A stretch of DNA of 43,559 nt from Candidatus Thorarchaeota archaeon (GTDB taxonomy: Archaea > Asgardarchaeota > Thorarchaeia > Thorarchaeales > Thorarchaeaceae): assembly GCA_016840795.1 (NCBI GenBank), contig JAEORS010000001.1, forward strand, positions 1 through 43,559, in the 5' to 3' direction. This document shows positions 25,781 to 34,454 of this stretch, piece by piece. Position 1 is the first letter of the stretch. Each line of letters begins with the position of its first letter. The position numbers and the translations under genes were made by a program. A model generated the notes under the pieces. The model was not told the origin of the DNA, searched no databases, and saw only the letters and a list, made by a program, of their open reading frames with translations.

Positions 25781-26368
25781 CTACGGACGATGCCAAACGA
25801 AACTGTAGTATGCAATCTGGCCGTTTTCCTTGATGGTCGCGACAATGAACCGCTTACGAACGCTGGTTGCGAGCCTCCCAGCCCTAACAATATCTAGGGG
25901 GACAACACCTTTTCTCTGCGGTATCACATGCACCAGTAGTGGAGCATGATCTTTTCCTGGTCCGTGTTCGTAAACCGCAAAGTCAGTTCCAAACTTGAGA
26001 CCGGGCCTCACGACATACCCTCGCTCACGCAACTGACTATAGACCAAGAATCGTTCCTTGAAGTCTTCGACCTTCTTTGCGCCAAGCTCCAAGAGATCAT
26101 CATGCGTTAGAGTTCGTTGTTCTTGCCTGCTGTGTAACTCTAGTCGGCCGGCCTTGGTGAGGTAGGTACACTCAATCAACGAGAGTTCTAGCGGCTTGTC
26201 AAACACAGCAGACTTGGGCTTTCTAATCCCGAGAGGTTGTCCGAAATAGCCGTCTCCGTAGAGCCGCATGCCATGTTCAGGGTTCCAGACTACGCCTCGG
26301 TCCCCAACCAATTCCGCCTTGGCAATATCCTCATATGGACTTGACAATGCCTCCACCGGCCGTATCAT
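25781..26368 (-). CDS. endA: tRNA-splicing endonuclease (EndA)
   Basis: 195 aa. LSLIECTYL N-domain and catalytic C-domain YVVRPGLKFGTDFAVYEHGPGKDHAPLLVHV...K (Tyr/His/Lys triad context). Confidence 0.85.
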   Translation of the reverse strand: MIRPVEALSSPYEDIAKAELVGDRGVVWNPEHGMRLYGDGYFGQPLGIRKPKSAVFDKPLELSLIECTYLTKAGRLELHSRQEQRTLTHDDLLELGAKKVEDFKERFLVYSQLRERGYVVRPGLKFGTDFAVYEHGPGKDHAPLLVHVIPQRKGVVPLDIVRAGRLATSVRKRFIVATIKENGQIAYYSFVWHRP

Positions 26369-27027
26369 GTGTTGAGTGTTAGAGAGAGACCTCTGATTGT
26401 GTTGGCTGCGTCTTCGCTGAAGTTAGATATCTCTTCCATCATGTTGATGAAATCACGGAAACGAAGGACCACTGCAAGATCGACCTCAAGTGAGTAGAGA
26501 TGAGATACGATATCTCTCTGAAGGATGTCTATTTGCTTCTCAAGCCTACATATCTCATCAGCTTTCTTGATGGACTCCTCGATATTGATGTGAAGGAATC
26601 TTACGGCTTCTCTCTGATGTGTGATCTGGTCAATGAATAGCCCGATGAACTTGGCAATCATCGATTTCAGGTCACCCGTTGGATTCCAGGACCCCGCAAC
26701 CGCCGCAAGATGGTAGCATGCAATCTCCGCCCCGTCGATGAGTTTGTCATTGTAATTGACCAATCGTAGCAGGTCCTCACGCTGCATCAGTGTATTGACC
26801 TTGGAGAGCTCATTGAGAATGGCTAGCTTAATCGAGTCCCCCTTCTCTTCTAGCTCGGTGATCTTCTCGAGTTGTTTGGAGTCTACCTTCCTCCCCTCCT
26901 CGAGCCAGTCAACGATTGCACTCTTCACAATCTTGTTTGCCGATAGCGCAACTCGGAAGTGTTCCTCAAGCATCTGAGTGATTTGTGCCAGTTCAGAACT
27001 GATGTATCTGTTGTTGTCGAGGACCAT
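26365..27027 (-). CDS. DUF47 / PhoU-like (TIGR00153-type) helical protein
   Basis: 220-aa all-helical sequence with two repeat halves (..LEEKGDSIK.. / ..ICRLEKQIDILQRDI..). Its stop overlaps the endA ATG (ATGA). Confidence 0.6.
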   Translation of the reverse strand: MVLDNNRYISSELAQITQMLEEHFRVALSANKIVKSAIVDWLEEGRKVDSKQLEKITELEEKGDSIKLAILNELSKVNTLMQREDLLRLVNYNDKLIDGAEIACYHLAAVAGSWNPTGDLKSMIAKFIGLFIDQITHQREAVRFLHINIEESIKKADEICRLEKQIDILQRDIVSHLYSLEVDLAVVLRFRDFINMMEEISNFSEDAANTIRGLSLTLNT

Positions 27028-27108
27028 GTGTTCTCATCTCTGCGTGAATAGTCAGTCGGGCTCAGAGCTACCCTTTTAATTCTTTAGTACCGAGCGTGGC
27101 CTAAGTGG

Positions 27109-27915
27109 ATGATACTCATGGAACCTTGGCAGATCATAGTGGCAGTGATTCAAGGACTTGTAGAATGGTTGCCGATAAGTAGTGAAGGCCAGGTTGTTCT
27201 TTTCGTTTACAATTTCGGCCAGGTTCCGTCTGACGAACTGTTGTCACTAGTAGTGTGGTTGCATCTCGGGACTACGCTCTCAGTATTGGTTCGATATCCA
27301 AGAACAGTTCTCGATGTCCTAACGATGAAGGATAGGCGACTCTTGAGACTACTAGTGATTGGAACGATTGGCACGGCCGTGACAGCGATTCCACTCTATG
27401 TCTTCTTGAAGGACGGTCTTGCCACGATCCATGGCGAGATGATGAATATGGTTGTCGGGATTCTACTTCTCGCAACCGCGCTTTTTCTATATATCCCCAC
27501 ACGCAGAACGCAGAGTGAGATGTCCAATCACACTCCAAACGACGTTGGAGACGAAGAGGCAATCAGTACTGGACTCGTTCAGGGTCTTGCCGTGCTTCCG
27601 GGACTAAGCAGATCCGGCGTCACAGTTTCGGCACTCCTTATGCAGAGAGTTGACAAGGAGTCCGCCTTGAGATTCAGTTTTCTTATGAGCGTCCCAGCGG
27701 TCATAGGCATACTTGCAGTTGAAGTGCTCTTTGGAAATGCAGTGCCATCATCGATTGGTGTACTAGACTTGGCGATGATGGAGCTCATCGTGTTCATCGT
27801 GGGCTTGGCATCAATGGAGTCTCTTCTTAGACTGGCACGCACAATCAGCTTCTGGAAACTATGTCTAGTCCTAGCCTTGGTCGCTATTGTGTTCGGCCTT
27901 CCGGCATTACTCTGA
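27109..27915 (+). CDS. uppP: Undecaprenyl-diphosphatase (UppP/BacA family)
   Basis: EWLPISSEGQ (motif 1) and PGLSRSGVTVSALL (motif 2) in a polytopic membrane protein of 268 aa. Confidence 0.85.
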   Translation: MILMEPWQIIVAVIQGLVEWLPISSEGQVVLFVYNFGQVPSDELLSLVVWLHLGTTLSVLVRYPRTVLDVLTMKDRRLLRLLVIGTIGTAVTAIPLYVFLKDGLATIHGEMMNMVVGILLLATALFLYIPTRRTQSEMSNHTPNDVGDEEAISTGLVQGLAVLPGLSRSGVTVSALLMQRVDKESALRFSFLMSVPAVIGILAVEVLFGNAVPSSIGVLDLAMMELIVFIVGLASMESLLRLARTISFWKLCLVLALVAIVFGLPALL

Positions 27916-28626
27916 CCGTTTCTGAAACATAATTGCAATGGGCGCATTCGCCTTGCGCCATTCTGCCAGCTTGCCCTTGTAGTCCAGTGGAACAGGATGT
28001 CGTCCATGATTGCCTATAATCATGAAAAGCGTTCCAAGTCTTGCCTGTTTGAGTAGTACCTTGACCCAATTGTCGGTCCTTCGGACAATCTTCTCCAAAA
28101 GCGTCTTTGGAGGAGTCCTGTGGCCATACTGAGCATACAGACTCTCGAAGTCCAGAAAGTGAAGAAATAGCAACTCATTCTTGAAGATGTGCTTCGTCGA
28201 CTCAACGTAGGTCTGCATATCATCTCGCTTATGTACGGTGAAGCCCGGATCCAATCCGAGTTCCTCCATGTCATCTTCTCTGCAGATTGCCTTCACCGTC
28301 TTACCATAGTTTCGTATGTATTGAATGAGGTGAAAATACTCGCTTCGACCAGTGAGAAGCGTCTTCAAAAGAGGCATAGCGTAAGGGTCATCGGTTTCGA
28401 TAAGCGCCAAGGCCTCCATATTCTTGATCAGAGCCTCCGGTTGGTATACTACGGCCTCGAAGAGACCGAAGTTGTCAATGATTATGAGCACTACTCCAGT
28501 CGGATTGAACTTCTCAAGCAGCTCTTGGTTTGGTGGAGGCATGCCATCAGGAACCTCCATACCCATAAGCTTGATGATTGTGGAGGGGAATTCCCATGCT
28601 GTTGTTCTCACTTGGGGAAACGACAT
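27907..28626 (-). CDS. Hypothetical protein, alkaline-phosphatase-superfamily-like
   Basis: VVLIIIDNFG, DFESLYAQYGH and MIIGNHG loosely resemble the AP/NPP metal-site motifs, but with Asn where Asp is expected. The assignment is weak. Confidence 0.4.
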   Translation of the reverse strand: MSFPQVRTTAWEFPSTIIKLMGMEVPDGMPPPNQELLEKFNPTGVVLIIIDNFGLFEAVVYQPEALIKNMEALALIETDDPYAMPLLKTLLTGRSEYFHLIQYIRNYGKTVKAICREDDMEELGLDPGFTVHKRDDMQTYVESTKHIFKNELLFLHFLDFESLYAQYGHRTPPKTLLEKIVRRTDNWVKVLLKQARLGTLFMIIGNHGRHPVPLDYKGKLAEWRKANAPIAIMFQKRSE

Positions 28627-28785
28627 GCAGCTGTCCTCGTAAGTATTACTCTCTCAAGGAACTTCTCGACAATATAGTTGTTATCCTGCGATAGGTTTCT
28701 GTACGTCTGCTGACTGAAACCGCACAGTTGGTGCGAGGGAAGCATTAATACAGCCACACGAGGCCAGTGCGGCAGAGGTCACATA

Positions 28786-29748
28786 ATGACTATCAAAGAC
28801 ATAGTCTTCAATGAAAACATCAAGTTCATCCTCTCAGGAGGGAAGGGTGGCGTTGGCAAGACGAGCTGTGCAGGAGCAATGGCCGTTCTATCAGCGCGGC
28901 AGGGTTTCAGGACCCTCGTTCTGTCAACCGACCCAGCTCATAGCCTTAGTGACAGCTTCGACCAGGACGTTTCAGGCGGCGAAATCGTGGCCATCAAGGG
29001 ATTTGATAATCTCTGGGGTATGGAAATAGACACTGAAAAGGGTATGAAAGAGTTCGAGAACACCATTGGGTCAGGAGCTGCAGGACCTGAAATGGAAATG
29101 GCCTCACAGCTGATGGGAGACATCAGTACGATGTCCCCGCCGGGTTCGGATGAAGCGATGGCGTTTGGCAAAATGCTGGAGTTTCTCGAAGACAGCTCCT
29201 ACGATCGAGTAATCTTCGATACAGCACCAACTGGGCATACGCTGAAGTTGCTAGAGCTACCTGATCTTCTGGATAGCTGGCTGGGGAGGATTCTCACACT
29301 GAGGCAACGGTTGGGCTCTATGATTGCAGGGATGAGAGCCATGTTTGGTGGAGGGGAGCGCGAGGACACGTCATGGGAGATGTTGCAGAACACCAAGGAG
29401 AAGATCCGGGCGGCAAGATTGGAACTCTCTGATGCAGAGAAGACTCAATTCGTCGTGGTCATGATACCAGAAGCTATGGCTGTTTTTGAAACTCAGCGCC
29501 TACTAGCGAGTCTGAACGTCTGGAAGATCCCCGCATCCAACATCATAGTGAATCAACTTGTTCCAGGGAATCCTGATTGTGTGTTCTGCTCAAAGCGCCG
29601 TGAGATGCAACAGACGAATCTTGCGGATATCAGAGAGCTATATTCGGACCTTGACCTTACGGAGGTTCCGCTCTTCGATAGTGAGATTAGGGGTATAGAG
29701 GGTCTGGAAGACTTAGGTAGGATTCTGATAGGAGAGAACGTGCAATGA
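28786..29748 (+). CDS. get3: Get3/ArsA-family ATPase (single-domain, with a CxxC motif)
   Basis: P-loop GGKGGVGKTS, STDPAHSLSD, DTAPTGHTLKLLELP and the CVFC pair (Get3-type Zn motif). Confidence 0.9.
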   Translation: MTIKDIVFNENIKFILSGGKGGVGKTSCAGAMAVLSARQGFRTLVLSTDPAHSLSDSFDQDVSGGEIVAIKGFDNLWGMEIDTEKGMKEFENTIGSGAAGPEMEMASQLMGDISTMSPPGSDEAMAFGKMLEFLEDSSYDRVIFDTAPTGHTLKLLELPDLLDSWLGRILTLRQRLGSMIAGMRAMFGGGEREDTSWEMLQNTKEKIRAARLELSDAEKTQFVVVMIPEAMAVFETQRLLASLNVWKIPASNIIVNQLVPGNPDCVFCSKRREMQQTNLADIRELYSDLDLTEVPLFDSEIRGIEGLEDLGRILIGENVQ

Positions 29749-29843
29749 GATATGGGTGGAAACGGAAGATCATAACGCTGTTTTTCATATTTCTCTTCCT
29801 GGCCTCAATGCTGACTGCTGTGATCTTGATGTACAGACCATGA
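29745..29843 (+). CDS. Possible 32-aa single-TM micro-protein translationally coupled to get3
   Basis: Hand translation gives MRYGWKRKIITLFFIFLFLASMLTAVILMYRP. Its ATG overlaps the get3 TGA (ATGA), and a GGAG lies 10 nt upstream. Confidence 0.25.
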   Translation: MRYGWKRKIITLFFIFLFLASMLTAVILMYRP

Positions 29844-29866
29844 CTTGCAGTCATGGCTTTGGAGAA

Positions 29867-30010
29867 TCAGGTTCCTTTGACTCGCTTCACAACTGGCGGG
29901 CGAATCTTGTACAGTATTCGGCCTCCACAATAGGGGCATTTAACTCCTGGCAGAGTCCTGAGGCCCTCTGGTGTGACTTCTTTGTGGCAACTATGACAAA
30001 TGTAGACCAT
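29867..30010 (-). CDS. rpoP: DNA-directed RNA polymerase subunit P (Rpo12/RpoP)
   Basis: Absent from the ORF track because it is under 60 aa. Hand translation gives MVYICHSCHKEVTPEGLRTLPGVKCPYCGGRILYKIRPPVVKRVKGT, which has the CxxC...CPYCGxRIL.K.R signature. Confidence 0.85.
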   Translation of the reverse strand: MVYICHSCHKEVTPEGLRTLPGVKCPYCGGRILYKIRPPVVKRVKGT

Positions 30011-30110
30011 AAGATATCGCCTCTTAAGACTCGGTCAAAGGCGGCAAACCTCGGTGCATCTCTCGGTAGGATTGAGCTTATGAAGCTTTTCTTGTGGTGG
30101 TGCACAAAGC

Positions 30111-31709
30111 CTACTCTTCGTCTGTTTCGGGCTGCACCGTGCCTTCTACCAGACCACTACTTAGCACTTTCTTGATTTGAATGGGAAGCAGAGCCCCCGA
30201 AGAGAACCCACCCCTAACCGCAATGAGTGGCCCCTCTTCTAGGGGATAGAACATCGTGTAGCCGTGCCGCTCCCATGAGGGCTCAGCGGCGATTCCGAGC
30301 AAGGTCTTTCCTAGGTACTCCTTTTTCTTGGCTCTGTTTATCTTGGATGCTTCCTGCTTCAGTTCTTTGTATAACGGATTCTTGGGTGAGGGCTCGTGAA
30401 AGTCTGAGAAGGCAGACCCAGGGAGTGCTCTGAATCCGTACAGGATTATGCGTTCCGCTCCAGCTTCAGCAACTTGGTTCATGAATCTAATCGACTCTTT
30501 TATCGTTTCGGGGGTTTCACCTGGCAAGCCATAGATCAAGTAGACAAACGGAGCCATACTGTGATTCACAGCAATCTTTACGGCTCTGAGAACGTCGCCC
30601 TTACTTCCACACTTCCCGATGCACCGGAGGTGGTCGTCTGACCCGGTTTCAACACCTATGTTCGGAGATATTCCCCTCATCGATTTTGAGAGTGCCAATG
30701 CAACTTCATCAGTGAATAGGCAAGCCTTGACGTTCTCAATAGAGATTCTGGCCAGGCCATCGATTATCGGCGGCAATGACGAGAGTCGTTCAAGAAGGTC
30801 GGAGATGGCATCTATGTTAGCTTCAGGTTCACAGGGGTGAGTCAACGGTTCCGACCCTCGATAGTAGTCTAGGAAATCTGGAGCTTCTAGCACGATCTTA
30901 TGCACTCCTAGGTCTAGAAGAATCTCGATTTCATCAAATATGGATTCAGGAGTCCGACTTCGGGGAGGGCCCCAAGTATGGGGCACACTGCAGAAACCAC
31001 AGCCGGCAGGTATGTTCTCTGGACAGTCTAGTCTATCATCAGGGCGTTCAGACTCGCAATTACCACATTCAGAGCACTCACGTCCATCAGGCAATTGGAG
31101 GGTGGTTCTCCTGAAGTTCGAACAACCTCGTACCGCTTCTACGTAGACTCTGGCTGCTTGGTAGGCTCCATAGTCCACGATCCTTGTAGTTGAGGGTACG
31201 TAGACCTCTGAGATCTCAATGGCCGTCAAGAGTGAACGGGGGGCATTAACAATAGGCTTCTTATTGTCAAGAAAAGCTACGCCTCGGAACTGAGAGCAGT
31301 CAATACTCTCATCCAAGTAGCCGGCCACAAGAAGACTGTTCAAGGTGCCCTCCCCCTCACCTGTCACAAGCAGATCTGGTTTTAGCTCTCTCAGGACATT
31401 GATTGGATCAGAGCTAATTGGACCTCCGAGGATGACTCTACCTGAGGCGTTCGTGTGTCGCCATTTCTTGATAATCGATTGAGTAACAGGAGAGTCCATG
31501 GTCATTGCGCTTAACGCAATATGATCATAGCCACGCAGCCGTCGTGGAGTAGCCAGAACCTCCTCAGCCCGAACTATTCTGCAAGATACATCGTGCATCT
31601 GCAAGACACCAGCGACCGCGCGGGGGCCGCAGCCAATCGAATCACGGGAGCTGGTACGGCGACCTCTTCCTGCACTCAGAGCATCAACTATTAGGATTCT
31701 GGGGACCAT
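30111..31709 (-). CDS. B12-binding-like domain / radical SAM domain protein (archaeal MJ0865/MJ1487-like)
   Basis: 532 aa with an N-terminal Rossmann-like domain (ILIVDALSAG..GPRAVAG). The RGC...CGFC radical-SAM cysteines are interrupted by a Cys-rich insert. Confidence 0.7.
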   Translation of the reverse strand: MVPRILIVDALSAGRGRRTSSRDSIGCGPRAVAGVLQMHDVSCRIVRAEEVLATPRRLRGYDHIALSAMTMDSPVTQSIIKKWRHTNASGRVILGGPISSDPINVLRELKPDLLVTGEGEGTLNSLLVAGYLDESIDCSQFRGVAFLDNKKPIVNAPRSLLTAIEISEVYVPSTTRIVDYGAYQAARVYVEAVRGCSNFRRTTLQLPDGRECSECGNCESERPDDRLDCPENIPAGCGFCSVPHTWGPPRSRTPESIFDEIEILLDLGVHKIVLEAPDFLDYYRGSEPLTHPCEPEANIDAISDLLERLSSLPPIIDGLARISIENVKACLFTDEVALALSKSMRGISPNIGVETGSDDHLRCIGKCGSKGDVLRAVKIAVNHSMAPFVYLIYGLPGETPETIKESIRFMNQVAEAGAERIILYGFRALPGSAFSDFHEPSPKNPLYKELKQEASKINRAKKKEYLGKTLLGIAAEPSWERHGYTMFYPLEEGPLIAVRGGFSSGALLPIQIKKVLSSGLVEGTVQPETDEE

Positions 31710-31794
31710 TCTGAATCACAGTCTGTGGTTTCGACTTCTTTACTCTTGCTCAAAGAGGGCTTCCGTATTACCCTTGGGATTACCCTTCAGAGAA

Positions 31795-31801
31795 CTTATA
31801 T
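31795..31801 (+). promoter_or_regulatory. Candidate TATA box (CTTATAT) for aSUI1
   Basis: It lies downstream of the TTG at 31774 used by the ORF track and about 50 nt upstream of the GTG at 31852, which is preceded by a GGAG. Confidence 0.3.
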
Positions 31802-31851
31802 GCGTGACTGGCCCCAAGGTGCAAAAACCAACATCAGGAGTAAAAGACTGC

Positions 31852-32196
31852 GTGAGCGATGACGAAGGTGGGATCTGTCCCACGTGTGGCCTTCCAACAG
31901 ACCTATGCGTTTGTGAAACCATAGCGCAGGAAGAGGCCCGTATTACTGTGACTGTAGAACGAAGAAAATGGGGCCGGCTGACAACTGTAATAGAAGGCTT
32001 CGACAAGAATATTGAACTTGGTGACTTGGCCACCAAGCTCAAGGGCAAGCTTGCTTGTGGGGGAGCTGCAAAGCATGGCCACATAGAGCTCCAAGGTGAC
32101 CATCGTGGTGTCATCAGCGATGTCCTGGCAAAATTGGGCTTCCCTGAGGAAATGGTTCAGATAGACTGGACATTCCAGAGACAAGGACGGAGATAG
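31852..32196 (+). CDS. sui1: Translation initiation factor aSUI1 (eIF1 homolog)
   Basis: CPTCGLPTDLCVC zinc knuckle plus a SUI1 domain (ITVTVERRKWGRLTTVIEGF...LKGKLACGG...IELQGDHR). The start is uncertain, between 31774 and 31852. Confidence 0.85.
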   Translation: MSDDEGGICPTCGLPTDLCVCETIAQEEARITVTVERRKWGRLTTVIEGFDKNIELGDLATKLKGKLACGGAAKHGHIELQGDHRGVISDVLAKLGFPEEMVQIDWTFQRQGRR

Positions 32197-32259
32197 CCGT
32201 TAGTCCAGTCTGGAGTACCCGTTTCTTCTGATTCGTTGAATTCTAACAGACAGGGGGCT

Positions 32260-33228
32260 CTAGGCAAGATTCATTGTGTCTATGCCCAGTTTCCGCACAA
32301 TCTCTTTGTATCTGTTGCGTACAGTTACCTCAGTGACTCGAGCCACCTCAGCAATCTCACGCTGTGTTCTTCTCTCATCCAACATTATGGACGCCACGTA
32401 AATGGCTGCAGCTGCCAGGCCAAGAGGATCGCGTCCTATTGTAAGACCTATGTCTCTGCTTCTTTTCAGTATCTCAACGGTCCTGAGCTGAACAGGACTA
32501 GATAGAGAAAGTTGAGAAGCGAAGCGAGAGATGTAGTCGATTGGGTTGCTAAGTGGAATCTTGATGGCCAATGACCGCAAGAGCAACCGATAGCACTGGC
32601 CGAGCTTCTTCTTGTCTACCCGGGAAGCGTCAGCCACCTCATCAAGAGGTCTGGGCTTCATCCGGATTCTGCAAGCGGCATAAAGGGTAGCTGCGACCAT
32701 AGCTTCTATGGACCGACCGCGAACAAGCTTCTTGATTATGGACTTCCTATAGAGAAGCGCGGATAACTCTCTTATCGGCTTTGGAATCCCTAGCTGGGAA
32801 GCGAGTCTCTCAAGCTCGGACATTGCCTGGGCCAAGTTTCGATCCATGGAGCTGTGAACTCGAGACCGGATTTGCCATTTGCGTAGTCGATAGATCTCCG
32901 ACCTTCTTGTGGGTGTCAGTTTGCGGCCGGATGTGTCCCGGTCGCGCCAGTCGATGACGGTAGAGAGACCCTTGTCGTGAACAGTGTATCTCAGTGGGGC
33001 ACCAACTCGGCTTCGCGCATCAGCCTCTTCAGAACTAAAGGCCCTCCATTCTGCACCGGAATCAATTCGGTGGTCGGATAGGACTAGGCCACAGCCACCA
33101 CAGACACGCTCTCCTCGCGTCAGGTCCTCGACCACAGAGTTTGAACCACACTCCGGACACATCTGTATCTCAGAGTCGACCTTAGCGATACTACTCCTCT
33201 CTGGAGCATCACCGCGCATATGATCCAA
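32260..33228 (-). CDS. tfb: Transcription initiation factor IIB (TFB), paralog 2
   Basis: CPECGS...CGGCGLV Zn ribbon, DSGAEWRAF, and two cyclin repeats. I estimate roughly half of the residues are identical to TFB-1. TTG start at 33228 (GGAGG 7 nt upstream) or ATG at 33219. Confidence 0.95.
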   Translation of the reverse strand: MDHMRGDAPERSSIAKVDSEIQMCPECGSNSVVEDLTRGERVCGGCGLVLSDHRIDSGAEWRAFSSEEADARSRVGAPLRYTVHDKGLSTVIDWRDRDTSGRKLTPTRRSEIYRLRKWQIRSRVHSSMDRNLAQAMSELERLASQLGIPKPIRELSALLYRKSIIKKLVRGRSIEAMVAATLYAACRIRMKPRPLDEVADASRVDKKKLGQCYRLLLRSLAIKIPLSNPIDYISRFASQLSLSSPVQLRTVEILKRSRDIGLTIGRDPLGLAAAAIYVASIMLDERRTQREIAEVARVTEVTVRNRYKEIVRKLGIDTMNLA

Positions 33229-33344
33229 ATCTGCTCCTCCCTTTGGCTATACGGACCGGTAAGGTGCTGCCAGATATCGACGGCCTAGTCAGTGCTTAGA
33301 AGACAGTCTCCCGGGACCCACATAAACCAAAAGCGAAATCACAC

Positions 33345-33352
33345 TTTTAATT
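33345..33352 (-). promoter_or_regulatory. Candidate TATA box (AATTAAAA on the minus strand) for TFB-2
   Basis: This is the only A/T box in the spacer, about 117 nt upstream of the start. Confidence 0.3.
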
Positions 33353-33450
33353 GTTCTGAAACTCTTGAATTGATGTGCCTAACCGCGTTTTCAGGCTGCA
33401 CAAAGGGAGTCTTCTATAGCATTGCTCCGGAAAGAACCGTGGGATGCAAC

Positions 33451-34419
33451 CTACGTTGTCTTTTCAGCGCCCTTTGCAGTGACTATAACTGTGTCCTCAG
33501 CTTGAGATACAAACTCGCCCTCTTCCTCGGTGAGGATATGGTGGGCAAGAAGTGCCCCATTCTTCTGAAGCTCCCGGATTGCGAGCTCAAGCTCAGCTTT
33601 TCGAAGATGTTCAGCCATCCATCTCTTGGCAAATGGGAACTCCTTGAACTCCTTCCTCGCAATACCCAAGAATCGCTTCGTCCCCTTGAAACGGACCGGC
33701 ACTCTGATTGGTAGCAATTGGTAGATGAGAGGATCGGGAAGGTCAGTGACATTGCCAGATCCCGTGCTTGCGAAAGTTTCAATGGCGTAGACCTCACCCT
33801 CCTCAACTAGGACCTCAGACTTGCCTGATACACACGGAACCTGTTTCTCTCCATGCAGCTCGTACTCCTTTAACTGATGGCCGGATAGCTGTTTGATGGG
33901 TTCGAATCCAGCGCTCTTTATGGTGTCTTCAATCAATGCGCCGATGGTATTCAGCTTCGCACCAGGTCGCATCATGCGGATGGCGACCCTGGTTGCGTCC
34001 TCTGATGCCTTCACAAGAGCCTCATGATCAGGGTTGAGAGCAATAGTAAACGCGCTATCTGAAATGCATCCATCCACGTGAGCGCCACAATCAACTGTCA
34101 CCAAGTCTCCCTCTTCAATGACAGTCTGGTCGTCCACCGGAGACGTGTAGTGGGCGGCGATGTTGTTAATCGCAACGTTGCAGGGAAAAGACATTCCAGA
34201 AGCATTCTCCAGAATATGGTTCTCCACTGCTTTCACGATATCCAATACCTTGGTACCCGGTTTCACCATGGGTCGGGCAATGCTAAGTGCCTCTCGCGCA
34301 ACTACTCCGGCCTGTCGCCACTTAGACCATTCATCCTCTGACTCCTCAGAGTCCTCGGTCTTCTTGGATTTGTCATCAGGCACATCTATCACCTTTGTGA
34401 GCTTATCTAATGCACGCAT
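33451..34419 (-). CDS. map: Methionine aminopeptidase, type 2 (archaeal/eukaryal MetAP2), with an N-terminal charged extension
   Basis: FPCNVAINNIAAHYTSP, VTVDCGAHVDGCISDSAFT and the helical insert typical of type 2. An extra stretch of about 30 aa, DDKSKKTEDSEESEDEW, sits at the N-terminus. Confidence 0.9.
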   Translation of the reverse strand: MRALDKLTKVIDVPDDKSKKTEDSEESEDEWSKWRQAGVVAREALSIARPMVKPGTKVLDIVKAVENHILENASGMSFPCNVAINNIAAHYTSPVDDQTVIEEGDLVTVDCGAHVDGCISDSAFTIALNPDHEALVKASEDATRVAIRMMRPGAKLNTIGALIEDTIKSAGFEPIKQLSGHQLKEYELHGEKQVPCVSGKSEVLVEEGEVYAIETFASTGSGNVTDLPDPLIYQLLPIRVPVRFKGTKRFLGIARKEFKEFPFAKRWMAEHLRKAELELAIRELQKNGALLAHHILTEEEGEFVSQAEDTVIVTAKGAEKTT

Positions 34420-34454
34420 TCAGATTCGATAAAAGAGTGCCGGAATGAATGCCA

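Noticed and set aside
29756-30175. A 139-aa plus-strand ORF and a 72-aa minus-strand ORF (29887-30105) lie between get3 and the radical SAM gene.
   Set aside because: Both are wrong-frame readings over the short but clearly recognisable rpoP gene (29867-30010, minus strand).
31774-31851. The TTG at 31774 as the start of aSUI1.
   Set aside because: It lies upstream of the only TATA-like box (31795-31801) and would add about 26 non-conserved residues. The GTG at 31852, preceded by a GGAG, gives a typical archaeal SUI1 length.
33895-33915. GGTTCGAATCC, a sequence like a tRNA T-loop.
   Set aside because: The flanking bases cannot form a T stem or an acceptor stem, and the site lies inside the MetAP2 coding sequence.
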